A stretch of 64,000 nucleotides of DNA. It comes from a virus. Position 1 is the first letter of the stretch. The number at the start of each line of letters is the position of its first letter. Below, in pieces: positions 1 to 10,600 of this stretch. The translations under genes were made by a program, and so were the position numbers. The stretch lies in IMG/VR virus record IMGVR_UViG_3300021963_000063, positions 32,731 through 96,730 of that record; one strand, given 5' to 3'. Below the pieces are notes generated by a model, which saw nothing but the letters and a program-made list of their open reading frames with translations, ran no database searches and was not told where the DNA came from.

Positions 1-1
1 T

Positions 2-1369
2 CCATCTATCGAATGTAACCTTCTTAATTCTAAACCCTCTTGATCTAAGTTCAAGAATATAATTCTTTACATCCTTAAACTCAACAGTCTTATCTGCTGT
101 TGGAGTCCACCACCTAACTGCATCAACAACAACAAATGGATTAATTACTTCATGATCATTAAAAGTATTAATTGTTACCCACTTATCAACGTGTGCAAGG
201 GCTACCGCACAGTGGTCATGCTTTTGTGCAAGGTCAACGTGAATATAATATTCTTTATCTTCTTGTGGCTTAAATGATTCAAAGAATCTTCCAGAGGCAT
301 CTACACCATTTGTACCACTAAAACAAGTTTCAATCTTTTCTCTTGAACGGAAGAAAGCATCAACAGCGTCTGGTGGCATACAGGCAAAACGAGAAAGAGC
401 ATCAATTGGATTTGTGTAAAATGCAATTTTAAAATCATCAATACTTCTTGTAGGATTGATTTCCCAAGTTGGTCTGCGTAATGCAAAAACTTTAGGAAAC
501 TTGTATGCATTGATATGATCTTCTTCCCATTCAACTGTAAATTCATTTGACGTTACGTTGTCTTCTACTGTTTCGTCAAGCTTAAATGTGTAGTCTTTAA
601 TCTTTACATCTTTGTCTGCAATTACAGCATCATATCTAGTTTGAATATAATCATTTTTATAACGAGGGAAGGAAAGCAATACTACTTTTCCAAAGTCAGG
701 GAAACGAGAATCTACGGATGCACGATACATCTCATAGATTGCAGAAGCTGTTTTTGCTTGATCATGTCCAGATGTTGATTCTGTTGCAAAGCCTGAGATC
801 TCATCAAGAATTACACATAGTACGTTGTATCCTTCCCATGATTCTCTTTCAGAGTGACCTGAGTGACAAGTAATACCTTTGTCAAAAGTTACAGAACCTG
901 CAGTAGGAGTATACCTACCCTGGAACCAAGGTGACTTATCCAATCTTGTTTTAAAACCTTTAAAGAAAACATTCTTAGCCTGTTCAGAGTTAATAGCAAT
1001 ATTAAGAATATCAATAGAGTCACCTGGAGGCTTTCCATAATACTTTGCAGGGTCTTTTAGACACAACAATAAATAAACCATATAGCTTACAGAAATGGTT
1101 GACATATAATCTTTTCCTGAACCCTTGCCAAGTTGTAAGATTACTTCGTTGCAGGTTTGATTCCACCTGTCTAATCCAGTTCTTTCTCCATAAAGATTTA
1201 TCAAAGTTTCTTTTTTATAAATTTGACTCATTGCTTTAATAGCATCGTACTGATATTTTGATAGTGGAGGAAGACCTAGATAATCTTCTGATGTAACAAA
1301 CTCTTCAAGTTCAACTGGATTTTCTTCAAACTCATCACCGCCAAGAAGACCAATAATATCTTCAAACAT
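2..1369 (-). CDS. terL: Terminase large subunit (runs off the window start)
   Basis: Translated by hand from ATG 1369 (TAATG overlap): MFEDIIGLLGG...; Walker A-like LGKGSGKD, Walker B VILDE, coupling motif LLSFP. Absent from the ORF track because its stop lies outside the window. Confidence 0.9.
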   Translation of the reverse strand, partial: MFEDIIGLLGGDEFEENPVELEEFVTSEDYLGLPPLSKYQYDAIKAMSQIYKKETLINLYGERTGLDRWNQTCNEVILQLGKGSGKDYMSTISVSYMVYLLLCLKDPAKYYGKPPGDSIDILNIAINSEQAKNVFFKGFKTRLDKSPWFQGRYTPTAGSVTFDKGITCHSGHSERESWEGYNVLCVILDEISGFATESTSGHDQAKTASAIYEMYRASVDSRFPDFGKVVLLSFPRYKNDYIQTRYDAVIADKDVKIKDYTFKLDETVEDNVTSNEFTVEWEEDHINAYKFPKVFALRRPTWEINPTRSIDDFKIAFYTNPIDALSRFACMPPDAVDAFFRSREKIETCFSGTNGVDASGRFFESFKPQEDKEYYIHVDLAQKHDHCAVALAHVDKWVTINTFNDHEVINPFVVVDAVRWWTPTADKTVEFKDVKNYILELRSRGFRIKKVTFDRW

Positions 1370-1884
1370 TAGATCTCCTCTGCTTGACCTGTTACTTTGC
1401 TAAGCTTTCCAAATACAATTGGCTTACATCTTTCACAACCAGAAACTACATCACGAATAATCTCAACAAGCATCTGTTGCTTTTCTTCTGTCTCAACAAT
1501 CTTTTCAGCCATCTCATTGTTATCAAGCATACCTGCTTTTTGAAGCATATCTATTTGTTTTTGTTGAACATCTGCAACAAGTTTTAGTGCTGCAGTTTGT
1601 TGCGGAAGCTGTCCTTGTCTTTTAGCTTCTTCAATAACTTCCCACGCCTCTTTAATAAGCATCGAGTAATGTTGGTCTGCACCTGCTAGTGCCTCACGAG
1701 CACGAACCTGAACTTGCCTATCGCTACGAATAACCATACGCCATTCGTCAAGGTATTCAATAACTTCAGCCCTCTTAAAGCCTGTTGCTTTAGAAATAGT
1801 TGTAGGGTTTGTATTACCCCTTAAAAACTCTTCCGCAACCTTATTAATGTTTTCCCAGCGATTTGCTAGTTCAATTTCAGACAT
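1369..1884 (-). CDS. Probable terminase small subunit
   Basis: N-terminal HTH-like segment, helical oligomerisation region, directly upstream of and coupled to terL. Confidence 0.6.
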   Translation of the reverse strand: MSEIELANRWENINKVAEEFLRGNTNPTTISKATGFKRAEVIEYLDEWRMVIRSDRQVQVRAREALAGADQHYSMLIKEAWEVIEEAKRQGQLPQQTAALKLVADVQQKQIDMLQKAGMLDNNEMAEKIVETEEKQQMLVEIIRDVVSGCERCKPIVFGKLSKVTGQAEEI

Positions 1885-2146
1885 TCTTCTTTACTCTTTT
1901 CTTCTTAGGTTTAATTATACCCTTAAAGTCGTGCAAATAAAAGGATCTATAGCCAGTTTGACCAATTACGTCAATCCATTCCTTGCCTGATTCAATGTTT
2001 TTTACATGCTTTTCAAACTTAAATTGTCCACGAACACTCTTTATTTTAACTAATGTTCCTGGAGTAATAAGTTCTTTGCCGTATTGATATTCAAATGATA
2101 CCTCCCAGTTAGGGTTGTAGTTCATCTGAACTCTTTTCTTTGCCAT
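1877..2146 (-). CDS. Hypothetical small beta-rich (SH3-like) protein
   Basis: ORF track; likely start MAKKRV at 2146, just after the upstream stop. Confidence 0.6.
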   Translation of the reverse strand: MAKKRVQMNYNPNWEVSFEYQYGKELITPGTLVKIKSVRGQFKFEKHVKNIESGKEWIDVIGQTGYRSFYLHDFKGIIKPKKKRVKKNV

Positions 2147-2147
2147 T

Positions 2148-2321
2148 TTAACGGAATCCACCAGCAGTTGGAGCCCAAACAGATACGTTACCCAGAGTCC
2201 AACTACGCTTTAAGATATCTCCACATTCATTACAAACTTGATGGTCTCTATCATCTACATTAACTCCAGACATTTCAATTGACTTATCACACTTAATGCA
2301 GGTATATTCATAAGTAGGAAT
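2148..2321 (-). CDS. FmdB-family zinc-ribbon protein with apparent ATT start
   Basis: Manual translation (M)PTYEYTCIKC...CNECG...WAPTAGGFR*, 57 aa; GGAAGG SD upstream; fills the gap exactly. Confidence 0.8.
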   Translation of the reverse strand: MPTYEYTCIKCDKSIEMSGVNVDDRDHQVCNECGDILKRSWTLGNVSVWAPTAGGFR

Positions 2322-2322
2322 T

Positions 2323-2568
2323 TTATTTACCTTCCAATCTATTTATTTCATCATTAATGTAAAATATTGCTTTTTGCAAATCTTCAATTTGTCTTTTATC
2401 ATCTTTAATTCCAGCTCTCCAAAGATACTTGAAGGCATTACCAATGTTAAAATTTCTGTGACGAGTAATCTGAATGCATTCAACACCAGAGGGGTCTGAT
2501 GTGTAGTGCATTGGGTGGTTTACCTGATCAACTTCAATGTGAAACTTATCATTCTTATATTCGTGCAT
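2323..2568 (-). CDS. DUF3310-family protein
   Basis: Signature DQVNHPxHY...ECI...GNAFKYLWRAGxK...EDLQKAxFY. Confidence 0.85.
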   Translation of the reverse strand: MHEYKNDKFHIEVDQVNHPMHYTSDPSGVECIQITRHRNFNIGNAFKYLWRAGIKDDKRQIEDLQKAIFYINDEINRLEGK

Positions 2569-3598
2569 TTAAATCTCCATATATTTCTTTAATTCTAGGT
2601 ACAGCGTGTCTAGCCGTAACATCTTCCCAGTTCCATTCTTTATGAATATCAATTGACTTATTAAAAGAATCCTGGAATTCTTGTTCTCTATTATTATATA
2701 CCTCTCGCATATTATATCTTACTGAATCAATTTTTGGAAGGTATATTTGTCCTAAATAGGTATCTTGTAGGTAATCTGGAAGACCATCTGGCACATCTAC
2801 TAAATCACTTTCAATCTTATGAGATATAAAATCTTTATATTCTGCCCATTCCCAAGTTGTAATTGTTGGAAGTCCCGTTGCCATTGCTTCAAGTGGCATC
2901 ATACCAAAACCCTCCCCCCAAGAAGGGTATACTAAGCAGTGAGTATTATGTAGCATCTTTAAGTAATCATTAAAACCTAAAGACTGTTTTATTGTTTTAA
3001 CATTCTTGTATGCAACTTCTGGTGCAACCTTTTTACCTGTACCATCATCAACTAGGATTGTATGACCACGATCATATGCTTTAATAATCATAATTACATC
3101 TTCGTTATCTGCAAACTCTTCTAGGAAAGCTTCAACTGCTACCTGACCACCTTTACGAACATATGGCTCTCCAGTATGCAGGAAGAAAAACTTATCTTCT
3201 CTTAACTTTCTTTTTGCAGGAACAAACTTTCCAGATACTCCGTGTGGGTAAACATTGATTGGCTTATCAACTTTCTTTCTAAAAACATCTGCTGTCCATG
3301 TTGATGCAGCCCATACCTCATCTGCTTTGTTTAAGCACTCTGCCCAGTAGTCAGATATCTCTGTTGTCTCATGAGAGGAATAAGAAATATTATATGCTCC
3401 TGAAAACATAATGTGTTGATGTGGGGTAGCAAATGAAAGATTAACTTTAGAGTTTAGATCAAAGTTAGATAAATGAAAACCATTATCAACAAAGCCCTGA
3501 GCCATATTTGCAGCAGCAGTTGGGTATCCCATATCCTGCTTACTAAAACCTTTATGAAGATTAACTCCCGTAAGATTTAACTTTATCTTTTCTTCCAT
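2555..3598 (-). CDS. Glycosyltransferase, GT4 (GT-B fold)
   Basis: RKG motif and PSWGEGFGMMPLEAMATG (EX7E). Confidence 0.9.
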   Translation of the reverse strand: MEEKIKLNLTGVNLHKGFSKQDMGYPTAAANMAQGFVDNGFHLSNFDLNSKVNLSFATPHQHIMFSGAYNISYSSHETTEISDYWAECLNKADEVWAASTWTADVFRKKVDKPINVYPHGVSGKFVPAKRKLREDKFFFLHTGEPYVRKGGQVAVEAFLEEFADNEDVIMIIKAYDRGHTILVDDGTGKKVAPEVAYKNVKTIKQSLGFNDYLKMLHNTHCLVYPSWGEGFGMMPLEAMATGLPTITTWEWAEYKDFISHKIESDLVDVPDGLPDYLQDTYLGQIYLPKIDSVRYNMREVYNNREQEFQDSFNKSIDIHKEWNWEDVTARHAVPRIKEIYGDLNARI

Positions 3599-3747
3599 GT
3601 CCTCTGATCCCTAATTAATCCAAAGTCTACCAGATGCCTGTATATGGTCTGATGACTTGTATCACATTCTTTTGCTATCTCTTCGATGGTCTTCTTATCT
3701 GTTAAGTACCTCTTAGATAGCCACACCTTTGACTTGTAGAGCTTCAT
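3583..3747 (-). CDS. Small HTH DNA-binding protein (54 aa)
   Basis: Manual translation MKLYKSKVWLSKRY...KTIEEIAKECDTSHQTIYRHL; ATGA overlap with the upstream gene. Confidence 0.75.
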   Translation of the reverse strand: MKLYKSKVWLSKRYLTDKKTIEEIAKECDTSHQTIYRHLVDFGLIRDQRTWKKR

Positions 3748-4313
3748 ACACGCTCCGTAAGCGTTTTATATGCGTAATAGGCTATTCCTACTGCATCGCC
3801 AACATCATTGTCTGAGATTGATGTACCAAACTTATCATTGAAGAAATCCATAGTCTTTTGTTTTCTAATTTCTCTAATTTTAGACTTGTACCATGTTACT
3901 GATTTACCTGGAAATTGATTTTGAATCTCAAGCTTTTGTGCCTTTGTGAAATTATTGTTTCCAATATAAGACTGCCAGGAAATTGGAGCAACTGTTACTA
4001 CATTAGTTTCTGGCTTTAAGATAACTGACAAGATAGCACCAACTACCATAGCAATCTTAATCCCAGCATCTGGTGACTTAACCATAATTGCTGATTCAAC
4101 CGCAACATAATCTGGATTACAAAGTTTTGCAATTGCCTTAGCCTTGTTGTTAGCATCCTTAATTTTATCATATATGTCTGAGCCTAAAATTGGAAGCTTA
4201 CCCATTAGCACTGGTGTGCCATCCTCAAATAAACAAAACGCAACAGATGCAGTAGAGGCATCTATTCCTAATACTCTATCTGCTTTTTGTTTTAGAAGTT
4301 TTGATAATTGCAT
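3744..4313 (-). CDS. RuvC-like Holliday junction resolvase/nuclease
   Basis: VLGIDAS, VAVES and DNDVGDAVGIA acidic motifs; likely start MQLSK at 4313. Confidence 0.75.
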   Translation of the reverse strand: MQLSKLLKQKADRVLGIDASTASVAFCLFEDGTPVLMGKLPILGSDIYDKIKDANNKAKAIAKLCNPDYVAVESAIMVKSPDAGIKIAMVVGAILSVILKPETNVVTVAPISWQSYIGNNNFTKAQKLEIQNQFPGKSVTWYKSKIREIRKQKTMDFFNDKFGTSISDNDVGDAVGIAYYAYKTLTERV

Positions 4314-4578
4314 TTTGAATTGCCTCCTTTGCATGATTTGCTTTTTCCTTTTTCTTTTTATTTTGACACATTGCACATGTAGAATCTGGATTATGCATAC
4401 TTAAAGGAGATCCGCAAGAACATAGCCTTACCTTTCCTGCAAGTCTTTCTTTCTTTGCATAATACTTTTCCATAATTCTTTTGTTTGTAGAAACTCTGCA
4501 GCATGTTTGCGAGCAGTATTTTTGATTATGAGTCCTAAACTCAAAATCATTTCCACATTCAATACAGGCTTTGATCAT
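4276..4578 (-). CDS. Cys-rich zinc-finger protein
   Basis: CxxC...YCSxxC...CxC...CxxC. Confidence 0.65.
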   Translation of the reverse strand: MIKACIECGNDFEFRTHNQKYCSQTCCRVSTNKRIMEKYYAKKERLAGKVRLCSCGSPLSMHNPDSTCAMCQNKKKKEKANHAKEAIQNAIIKTSKTKSR

Positions 4579-5351
4579 TGACTGCGTACTTTCAGAGAGT
4601 CAATCTTAGTCCTACCATCTGGCTTTGACCAGCAAGATTCTTTGATTGGGCAATATGTACATGGGAAAGCGTTTTCCTTAAATGGTCTTTTAATGTTTTT
4701 ACCATCTATCCACGCCTGATATACTTCTTTCATCCAGTCAAAGATGTAATCTGCATAGACTTTATTTTCTTCTGACATGACAATAGGAACAACTGCAAGC
4801 TCATGAGAGTTCTTATTCTCATATAAGAAGAATCCTTCATCAAGTCCTAACACTTTCATATAAATTAAAAGTTGTACAACGTGGCTATCTGCTCCAGTTG
4901 AGGTATCTTTACGAATATCAAATCCTTCTGCTTTAATGGTTTTAATTTCTCCAACAACCTCTTCTCCGTCAATTTCCATAATGATATCTGCGAAGCCACG
5001 AATAGGTGGGTTAACTGACTTGATCTCACGCTCTAGTTCTTTTACAAGACCAGCCTTTTCCATTGCACCCTGAATACGCTCATGAGCCTGTGTACCTGCA
5101 TTCATTGCAGCCATTCCCTGAGCGTTAAAACTATCCTTAAACTCTGTTCCAGTAAAGGCTAGGCTCCAGTATCTTGCACAGGTTCCGTAACCATAGCCAA
5201 CTGTAGATGGAGAGAAGGTTTTCTTTTTCTTAAACTCTGTACCATTCTTACCTTGTAGATAAGCCTTACCGATTGCAAGACGAAGCTTTTTGGCATCAAC
5301 CTTTGTATCTCTTGGTTTTGTTGTTAGTGTCTTTATTAAGTTTTTAGCCAT
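4575..5351 (-). CDS. Cas4-like PD-(D/E)xK exonuclease
   Basis: CARY, GTQAHE, GFAD, EIKT, QLLIYM, C-terminal CxxCPxxxxC Fe-S ligands. Confidence 0.85.
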   Translation of the reverse strand: MAKNLIKTLTTKPRDTKVDAKKLRLAIGKAYLQGKNGTEFKKKKTFSPSTVGYGYGTCARYWSLAFTGTEFKDSFNAQGMAAMNAGTQAHERIQGAMEKAGLVKELEREIKSVNPPIRGFADIIMEIDGEEVVGEIKTIKAEGFDIRKDTSTGADSHVVQLLIYMKVLGLDEGFFLYENKNSHELAVVPIVMSEENKVYADYIFDWMKEVYQAWIDGKNIKRPFKENAFPCTYCPIKESCWSKPDGRTKIDSLKVRSQ

Positions 5352-5352
5352 A

Positions 5353-5688
5353 TCATGCTCCTAAGTTATATCTTGCTACATACTTTAATGCATCTACCAT
5401 TTTATCAAGACTATCTTTCATTGTATAGTAGACGTTCTTCTTTGTGTTATTAATACTTCCAGATGGACCTTTTGCTACTGTTGTGTAGTATGTTGCAAGT
5501 ACAGCAAACTTAACACTCATTGCTTGTAGTTTTCCAATTAGTGCTACTGCTTGAACAGATGGAATGTCAGGCTTCATCATAATTTTAACAATGATTGCCA
5601 TTGCCTCATCAAGTTCTGGATCATTCATAAACTCATGAATGTCGTTAAATTCTGTTACTTGGTTAATATAATCAAGTGTTGATTCCAT
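5353..5688 (-). CDS. Hypothetical helical protein
   Basis: ORF track, in operon. Confidence 0.65.
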   Translation of the reverse strand: MESTLDYINQVTEFNDIHEFMNDPELDEAMAIIVKIMMKPDIPSVQAVALIGKLQAMSVKFAVLATYYTTVAKGPSGSINNTKKNVYYTMKDSLDKMVDALKYVARYNLGA

Positions 5689-5977
5689 TTGCTCTCTCCA
5701 TTAAATCTTCTAGTGCAGCCCATTCAATGACTGCTAATCTTATCTTTTGTGTTTCTCCAATAGCTAGTAATAGGGCAGGATATTTGTTTTTATCCGTTCT
5801 CAATGTGTCTGTGACAATCTTAGCCCACACATCTTGATTGATAGTAAAACTTTTACCTGCTTCTTTTACATCTACAATAAACTCATCTGTATTGCCGTCA
5901 CCCTTATAGTACTGACCACGACCAGAGTTTTTATGTGGCTTGGCACCAATTCTTTTTAGTTCTGCTGCTTCACTCAA
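5672..5977 (-). CDS. Small PD-(D/E)xK nuclease (resolvase-like)
   Basis: NSGRG...KGD...VDVKE pattern. Confidence 0.6.
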   Translation of the reverse strand: MSEAAELKRIGAKPHKNSGRGQYYKGDGNTDEFIVDVKEAGKSFTINQDVWAKIVTDTLRTDKNKYPALLLAIGETQKIRLAVIEWAALEDLMERANGINT

Positions 5978-6159
5978 AGTGTTGCCTCATTATCGTGACC
6001 TGCTGCACAAGTATACTTTAAAATCATAGAGTCTTCATCTAAAATAGCAAACCCAATTGATTCCATACAGTTTTGGCATACAAATGTTCCTGTAACCTTA
6101 AGACCTTCTTGCTCTTCATTGTTTTTTAATTTAACAAAATCATTTGGATTTATACTCAT
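5974..6159 (-). CDS. Small zinc-ribbon protein
   Basis: CQNC...CxxGH; coupled to its neighbours. Confidence 0.6.
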   Translation of the reverse strand: MSINPNDFVKLKNNEEQEGLKVTGTFVCQNCMESIGFAILDEDSMILKYTCAAGHDNEATL

Positions 6160-7163
6160 AGCTTTGAATACACCTGAGATTCTAAGGTATCAAATACTTC
6201 TTGGTTTTCTCTAACATATTCTACTACCTTTGCACGACCCTGAAGTCTTTGATCTAGAACTGTATACCATGCTCCACCACGCTCAATAATTCCCATGAGT
6301 TCTGCTGTATCAACGAGGTCTGCAACCTTATCAACTCCAACATGGTCTCCCTGGAAATAGAAGTCATATGATCCACTAATGAACTGTGGTCCTGTTTTAT
6401 TGTAATCAATTGTCCAGTTTACTGGACGACCTACACGCTGTTCAATTAGTCTGTCTCCAACAGAGACCTTGTCCTTGATAGAACTTGCTTCAGATTCTGA
6501 TGACCATAACTTTACAATTGTGCTAGAGAAGAACTTAACAGCCATACCTCCAGTTGGGATATGAGTAGCGTGCATTCCACCAAAACTGTTTCTCTGTTGT
6601 GAAATTAAAACTAGCAAAGTATTTTCATTTACATAGTTAAGCATCTTTACTGCATGTGTCATGTCTTTTGCTTCAGCACCAATCTGCTTGGTGTCTTGAA
6701 GATCTTTTAGTTCGTTACCATCTTTTTCAAAGTAAATAGCAGGAAGAAGTGCAGAGATTGAATCAACAACAATTAAATCTACTCCAGCCTTCATGAGGTC
6801 TACTGCTACATCTACCATGTCATTGATTGTTTTAGCAGAAGAATAAATTAATTTGCTTGAGTCTACTCCTAGCTTTTCAGCCCACTCTGGAGAATAAGAT
6901 GCTTCTGAATCAATCCAGGCACACATCTTTCCTTCTTTTTGTGCTTCACCAATCATCTGCAAACAAAATGATGATTTACCTGCAGACTTATTTCCCCATA
7001 CAAGGATTTGTCTACCGTATCCAAAGCCACCCTTTAGTCCAACATTAAGACTGAGGCTTGGTGTTGCTTGTTTTTCTGTTTCTACTTCTGTTGCTGCTTG
7101 TACCCTTTTTCTTGTTTTGGGGTCTAGCTTTGACAGGATTTCTTCCATTGCTAATTCGGTCAT
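6156..7163 (-). CDS. recA: RecA/UvsX-like recombinase
   Basis: GNKSAGKS Walker A, IDSE, LIVVDSIS, GGMAVKF, GGAWY. Confidence 0.93.
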   Translation of the reverse strand: MTELAMEEILSKLDPKTRKRVQAATEVETEKQATPSLSLNVGLKGGFGYGRQILVWGNKSAGKSSFCLQMIGEAQKEGKMCAWIDSEASYSPEWAEKLGVDSSKLIYSSAKTINDMVDVAVDLMKAGVDLIVVDSISALLPAIYFEKDGNELKDLQDTKQIGAEAKDMTHAVKMLNYVNENTLLVLISQQRNSFGGMHATHIPTGGMAVKFFSSTIVKLWSSESEASSIKDKVSVGDRLIEQRVGRPVNWTIDYNKTGPQFISGSYDFYFQGDHVGVDKVADLVDTAELMGIIERGGAWYTVLDQRLQGRAKVVEYVRENQEVFDTLESQVYSKL

Positions 7164-7323
7164 TAAAATGATTCTCCAATACTTCCGCTAATTCTTTTAC
7201 TTCTTGATCACGCATTGATTCTAATTTTTTAATAATAGAATACATTTGCTCTTCATTATATCCTCTAATTACAAGTAACAGTTCTTCGTTTACTCCTTCT
7301 AAAAGATATCCTCTTATTTTCAT
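7045..7323 (-). CDS. Hypothetical protein, leaderless
   Basis: TATAAT 6 nt before the ATG; C-terminus overlaps recA. Confidence 0.6.
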   Translation of the reverse strand: MKIRGYLLEGVNEELLLVIRGYNEEQMYSIIKKLESMRDQEVKELAEVLENHFNDRISNGRNPVKARPQNKKKGTSSNRSRNRKTSNTKPQS

Positions 7324-7335
7324 CTGTCTATTATA

Positions 7336-7680
7336 TCATCCCAGTACGCCATGCATTTTTGGGCGTTCTGTATTGATATTAATCTTTTTCATTAAGGTAT
7401 CTTCTAGTGAGTCTTCTACTTCTCCATACATTCTTAATCCCTCATAAAGATCAAGTACACGGATTAAGATATCAGCAAGCTCTTCTACGACCTCACCCTT
7501 ACCTTTTTGCTTACGAAGGGCTTCAAGAACCTCTGTAACCTCTGAGTGAATCATTGCTAACTGCTTACCAAAGAAGATAAATGTTTCACCTACTGGTTCA
7601 GCGTTTGAGTACATATAATCCCAAAAACCTTTTTCTGTTGCATTTCTATGAATTTCTTTTGCTAAATTATCTAAGTTCAT
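7336..7680 (-). CDS. MazG-like NTP pyrophosphohydrolase
   Basis: SEVTEVLEA...EELADILIR motif. Confidence 0.85.
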   Translation of the reverse strand: MNLDNLAKEIHRNATEKGFWDYMYSNAEPVGETFIFFGKQLAMIHSEVTEVLEALRKQKGKGEVVEELADILIRVLDLYEGLRMYGEVEDSLEDTLMKKININTERPKMHGVLG

Positions 7681-10600
7681 CGTTCAAACTCCTTTACTGT
7701 TACGCTTCCTGATGATGTTGTCTGTAAGACTGGCTTACAGTGTGTTCCTGGCTTCATGTTAATCAAAGACGTAGCATACATATTAGGGAAGATAACTAAA
7801 GAGTATAACTCTTTATCTTTATCTGCCAAAACTGCGTTAGCCATTTTCTGTCCTGTTTTAGTTTTGCGAGGAATAAAACTAATGGTATACATTTCATTGT
7901 CAGCAAGTGTCATTGTCTTTGCCTGAATGTACTTAATGAAAGGATCATTAATATCTTTCATATTATCTGCTGTTGCATATGCACCAATTCTGTTATCTGC
8001 TACCAAGAATATGTAAATCTTTCCTGGCTCGATTACAGTATCTGATCTATCAAAGATTCCAACTGATCCTGTCTTGTCAACAATTTCAATTCTGCTCCAG
8101 CCGTCTCCACGCTTAATAGATTTTACCATAGCGACAACAAGGAAGGAACCCTCTTCTGAATATTCTTCAAGTGGTCTTGAATATGCTTCAATCCATCTTG
8201 GAATATCACTAGTGAATTCAGGAATGTTAAGATACTCATAGTAGTTATCTTTTTCATCTCCGATTCTTGGGTTATCAGTAAATGCTGCTGCACCAACCTT
8301 GTTTAAGGATTCAACCGCTCTGTTATTTACTCCAGAGCCTTTTGCAGTTGCAAATTCTTTAAACTGCTGATAGCTACTGAATGGTCTTTCAGCAATAATC
8401 TTACTTCCAATGTTTTCGGAAATAAACTTAATATTACCTAGACCAAATCTAATTGCATCACCGTCAAGGGCAAAGTCAATATCAGATTCATTGATGTGTG
8501 GAAGACGAATAGATATACCCATACGCTTTGCTTCAATCAGGTAGTCTGTACGAGTATCCTTATCTTTTTCATTCTTTAACAAAGAATACATAAACTCATG
8601 TGGGTAATACTTCTTTAACCAAGCAGTCCAGTAAGACAGCATGGAATAGGCAACAGCATGAGATTTATTAAATGAGTAACCTGCGTGAGCTTCAAAGTCA
8701 TGCCATAATTTTTCTGCTTGTTTCTTTTCAATATGCTTAGAAGCACCTGTAACAAACTGCTCTTTATACTGATCAAATTCTCTAGCATCTTTTTTCTTAC
8801 CAATAATTTTACGGACTTTATCTGCTTCTGCCATAGACATACCCCCAAGATGCACACAGGCAAGCATTACCTGCTCCTGATATAGAATACATCCGTAGGT
8901 ATCTTTTGTAAATTCCTTTACAATCTCATGAACATAGTTTACTGGAGCCTTACCCTTTTTACGCTTAATGTATTCTGCACCAATAGTATTCATAGCACCT
9001 GGTCTTACAAGTGCGTTAGATGCAGCAAGTTCATCAAAGTTATATACACCCATCTTAATTAAAAGGTTAGTATATGGAACTGCTTCTGCTTGGAAAACAC
9101 CCTTTGTAAACCCTGCCGTTAAGTCTGCATAAACTTCTTTATCGTCTAGTGGAATTTCACGAAGGTTTATTTTTTTCTTTTTACGCTCTACAATAATATC
9201 TAATGTATCGTGAATTACTGTAAGAGTCTTAAGACCAAGTGCATCAATCTTAATCAAACCAATATCTGCAGCCTGTTCCATATCAACAGCAACCACCTGA
9301 ACTCTTTCATCTGATTGTGTGTCCTTACGAGTCTCCATAGGAGCATAACGCCAGATCTCATCTTTAGATGCAACAATACCAGCAGCGTGCATTCCAGTTC
9401 CACGAATACGTCCACGAAGCCTCTCAGCATACTTTACGACCTCTGGATATTTATCACGGAACTCTTTACAGGTTGATGCTGTCATAAACTCATCCCAAGT
9501 TTCAACACCCTTAAGTGCTTTATTAACTTCTGGAAGTGGAACGTGGAAAGCTCTAGCAACGTCACGAACAACACCCTTATCTTTAAATGTTAAGAATGTA
9601 GCAATAGATGCAACATGAGTATATTGATCTGAAAGATATTCTTTTACTTGACCACGTTTACGATCTTCATAGTCTGTATCAATATCGGGAAAGTCATTGC
9701 GTTCTGGATTAATAAATCGGAAGAATAGCAATCCATACTTAATTGGATCTACTTCGGTAATTCCTAGAGCATAGCAGACAAGTGAACCTGCAGCAGAACC
9801 ACGACCAGGACCAACAAGGATGTTATTATCCTTTGACCAGTTAATCATATTGCCTACAACAATAAAGTAAGATGAAAAGTTTTTAGACTTAATGATATCT
9901 AACTCTTCATTTAGTCTTGCTACATATTCTTCATTGTCTGCAAACCCACGCTTAGCAAGACCTGTTAATGCTAATTGCTCAAGCTCGTAGTCTGGATCTT
10001 TATATTCTGCAGGAAGTAAGTCAAGGTTTTCTTTAAAGTCATAAGAGCCAATCTTATCAGAAATCTCAACTGAGTTTTCATATAAATCATCACGATCAAT
10101 ACCTTGGTCAAGCATAAGGTCTTTAACATCCTTGTGACCCATAAGAAAAATTTCTAAGTCTTTGAAAGACATAAATCGATCACCATATAAGTAATCAAGA
10201 CGTTCAATAATATCTTTAATCTTACGACTATCCTCAAACTTTGCTTCTTTACGAATGTTTGGATGTGTTCCAAGAATAAGCATAATTTCTTCTGCCACAC
10301 GATCTTCTGGAGATGCATAATGACAATCAAGGGTAACAGTGCTTTTAATATTCATTGAGTCTGCTAGTTCTAGCATTTGATGGTTAAGTTCTGCAGGATT
10401 ATGTGGTTGTAGTTCCATGTAGAAGTTATCTCCAAACACTTCCTTAAACCATGCTGTGTGCTTCTTAGCCATTTCTAAGTTACCATTTTGAATAGCCTTA
10501 GCAATAATTCCATTCATGCAGCCAGATACGATTACTAAGTCTGACGAATGCTTTTCTAATACATCAAAGTCAATACGAGGCTTGGAAAAGAAGCCTTCAT

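Noticed and set aside
4575-5351. Cas4-like gene as part of a CRISPR-Cas system
   Set aside because: Stand-alone in the recombination block; no other cas genes or array.
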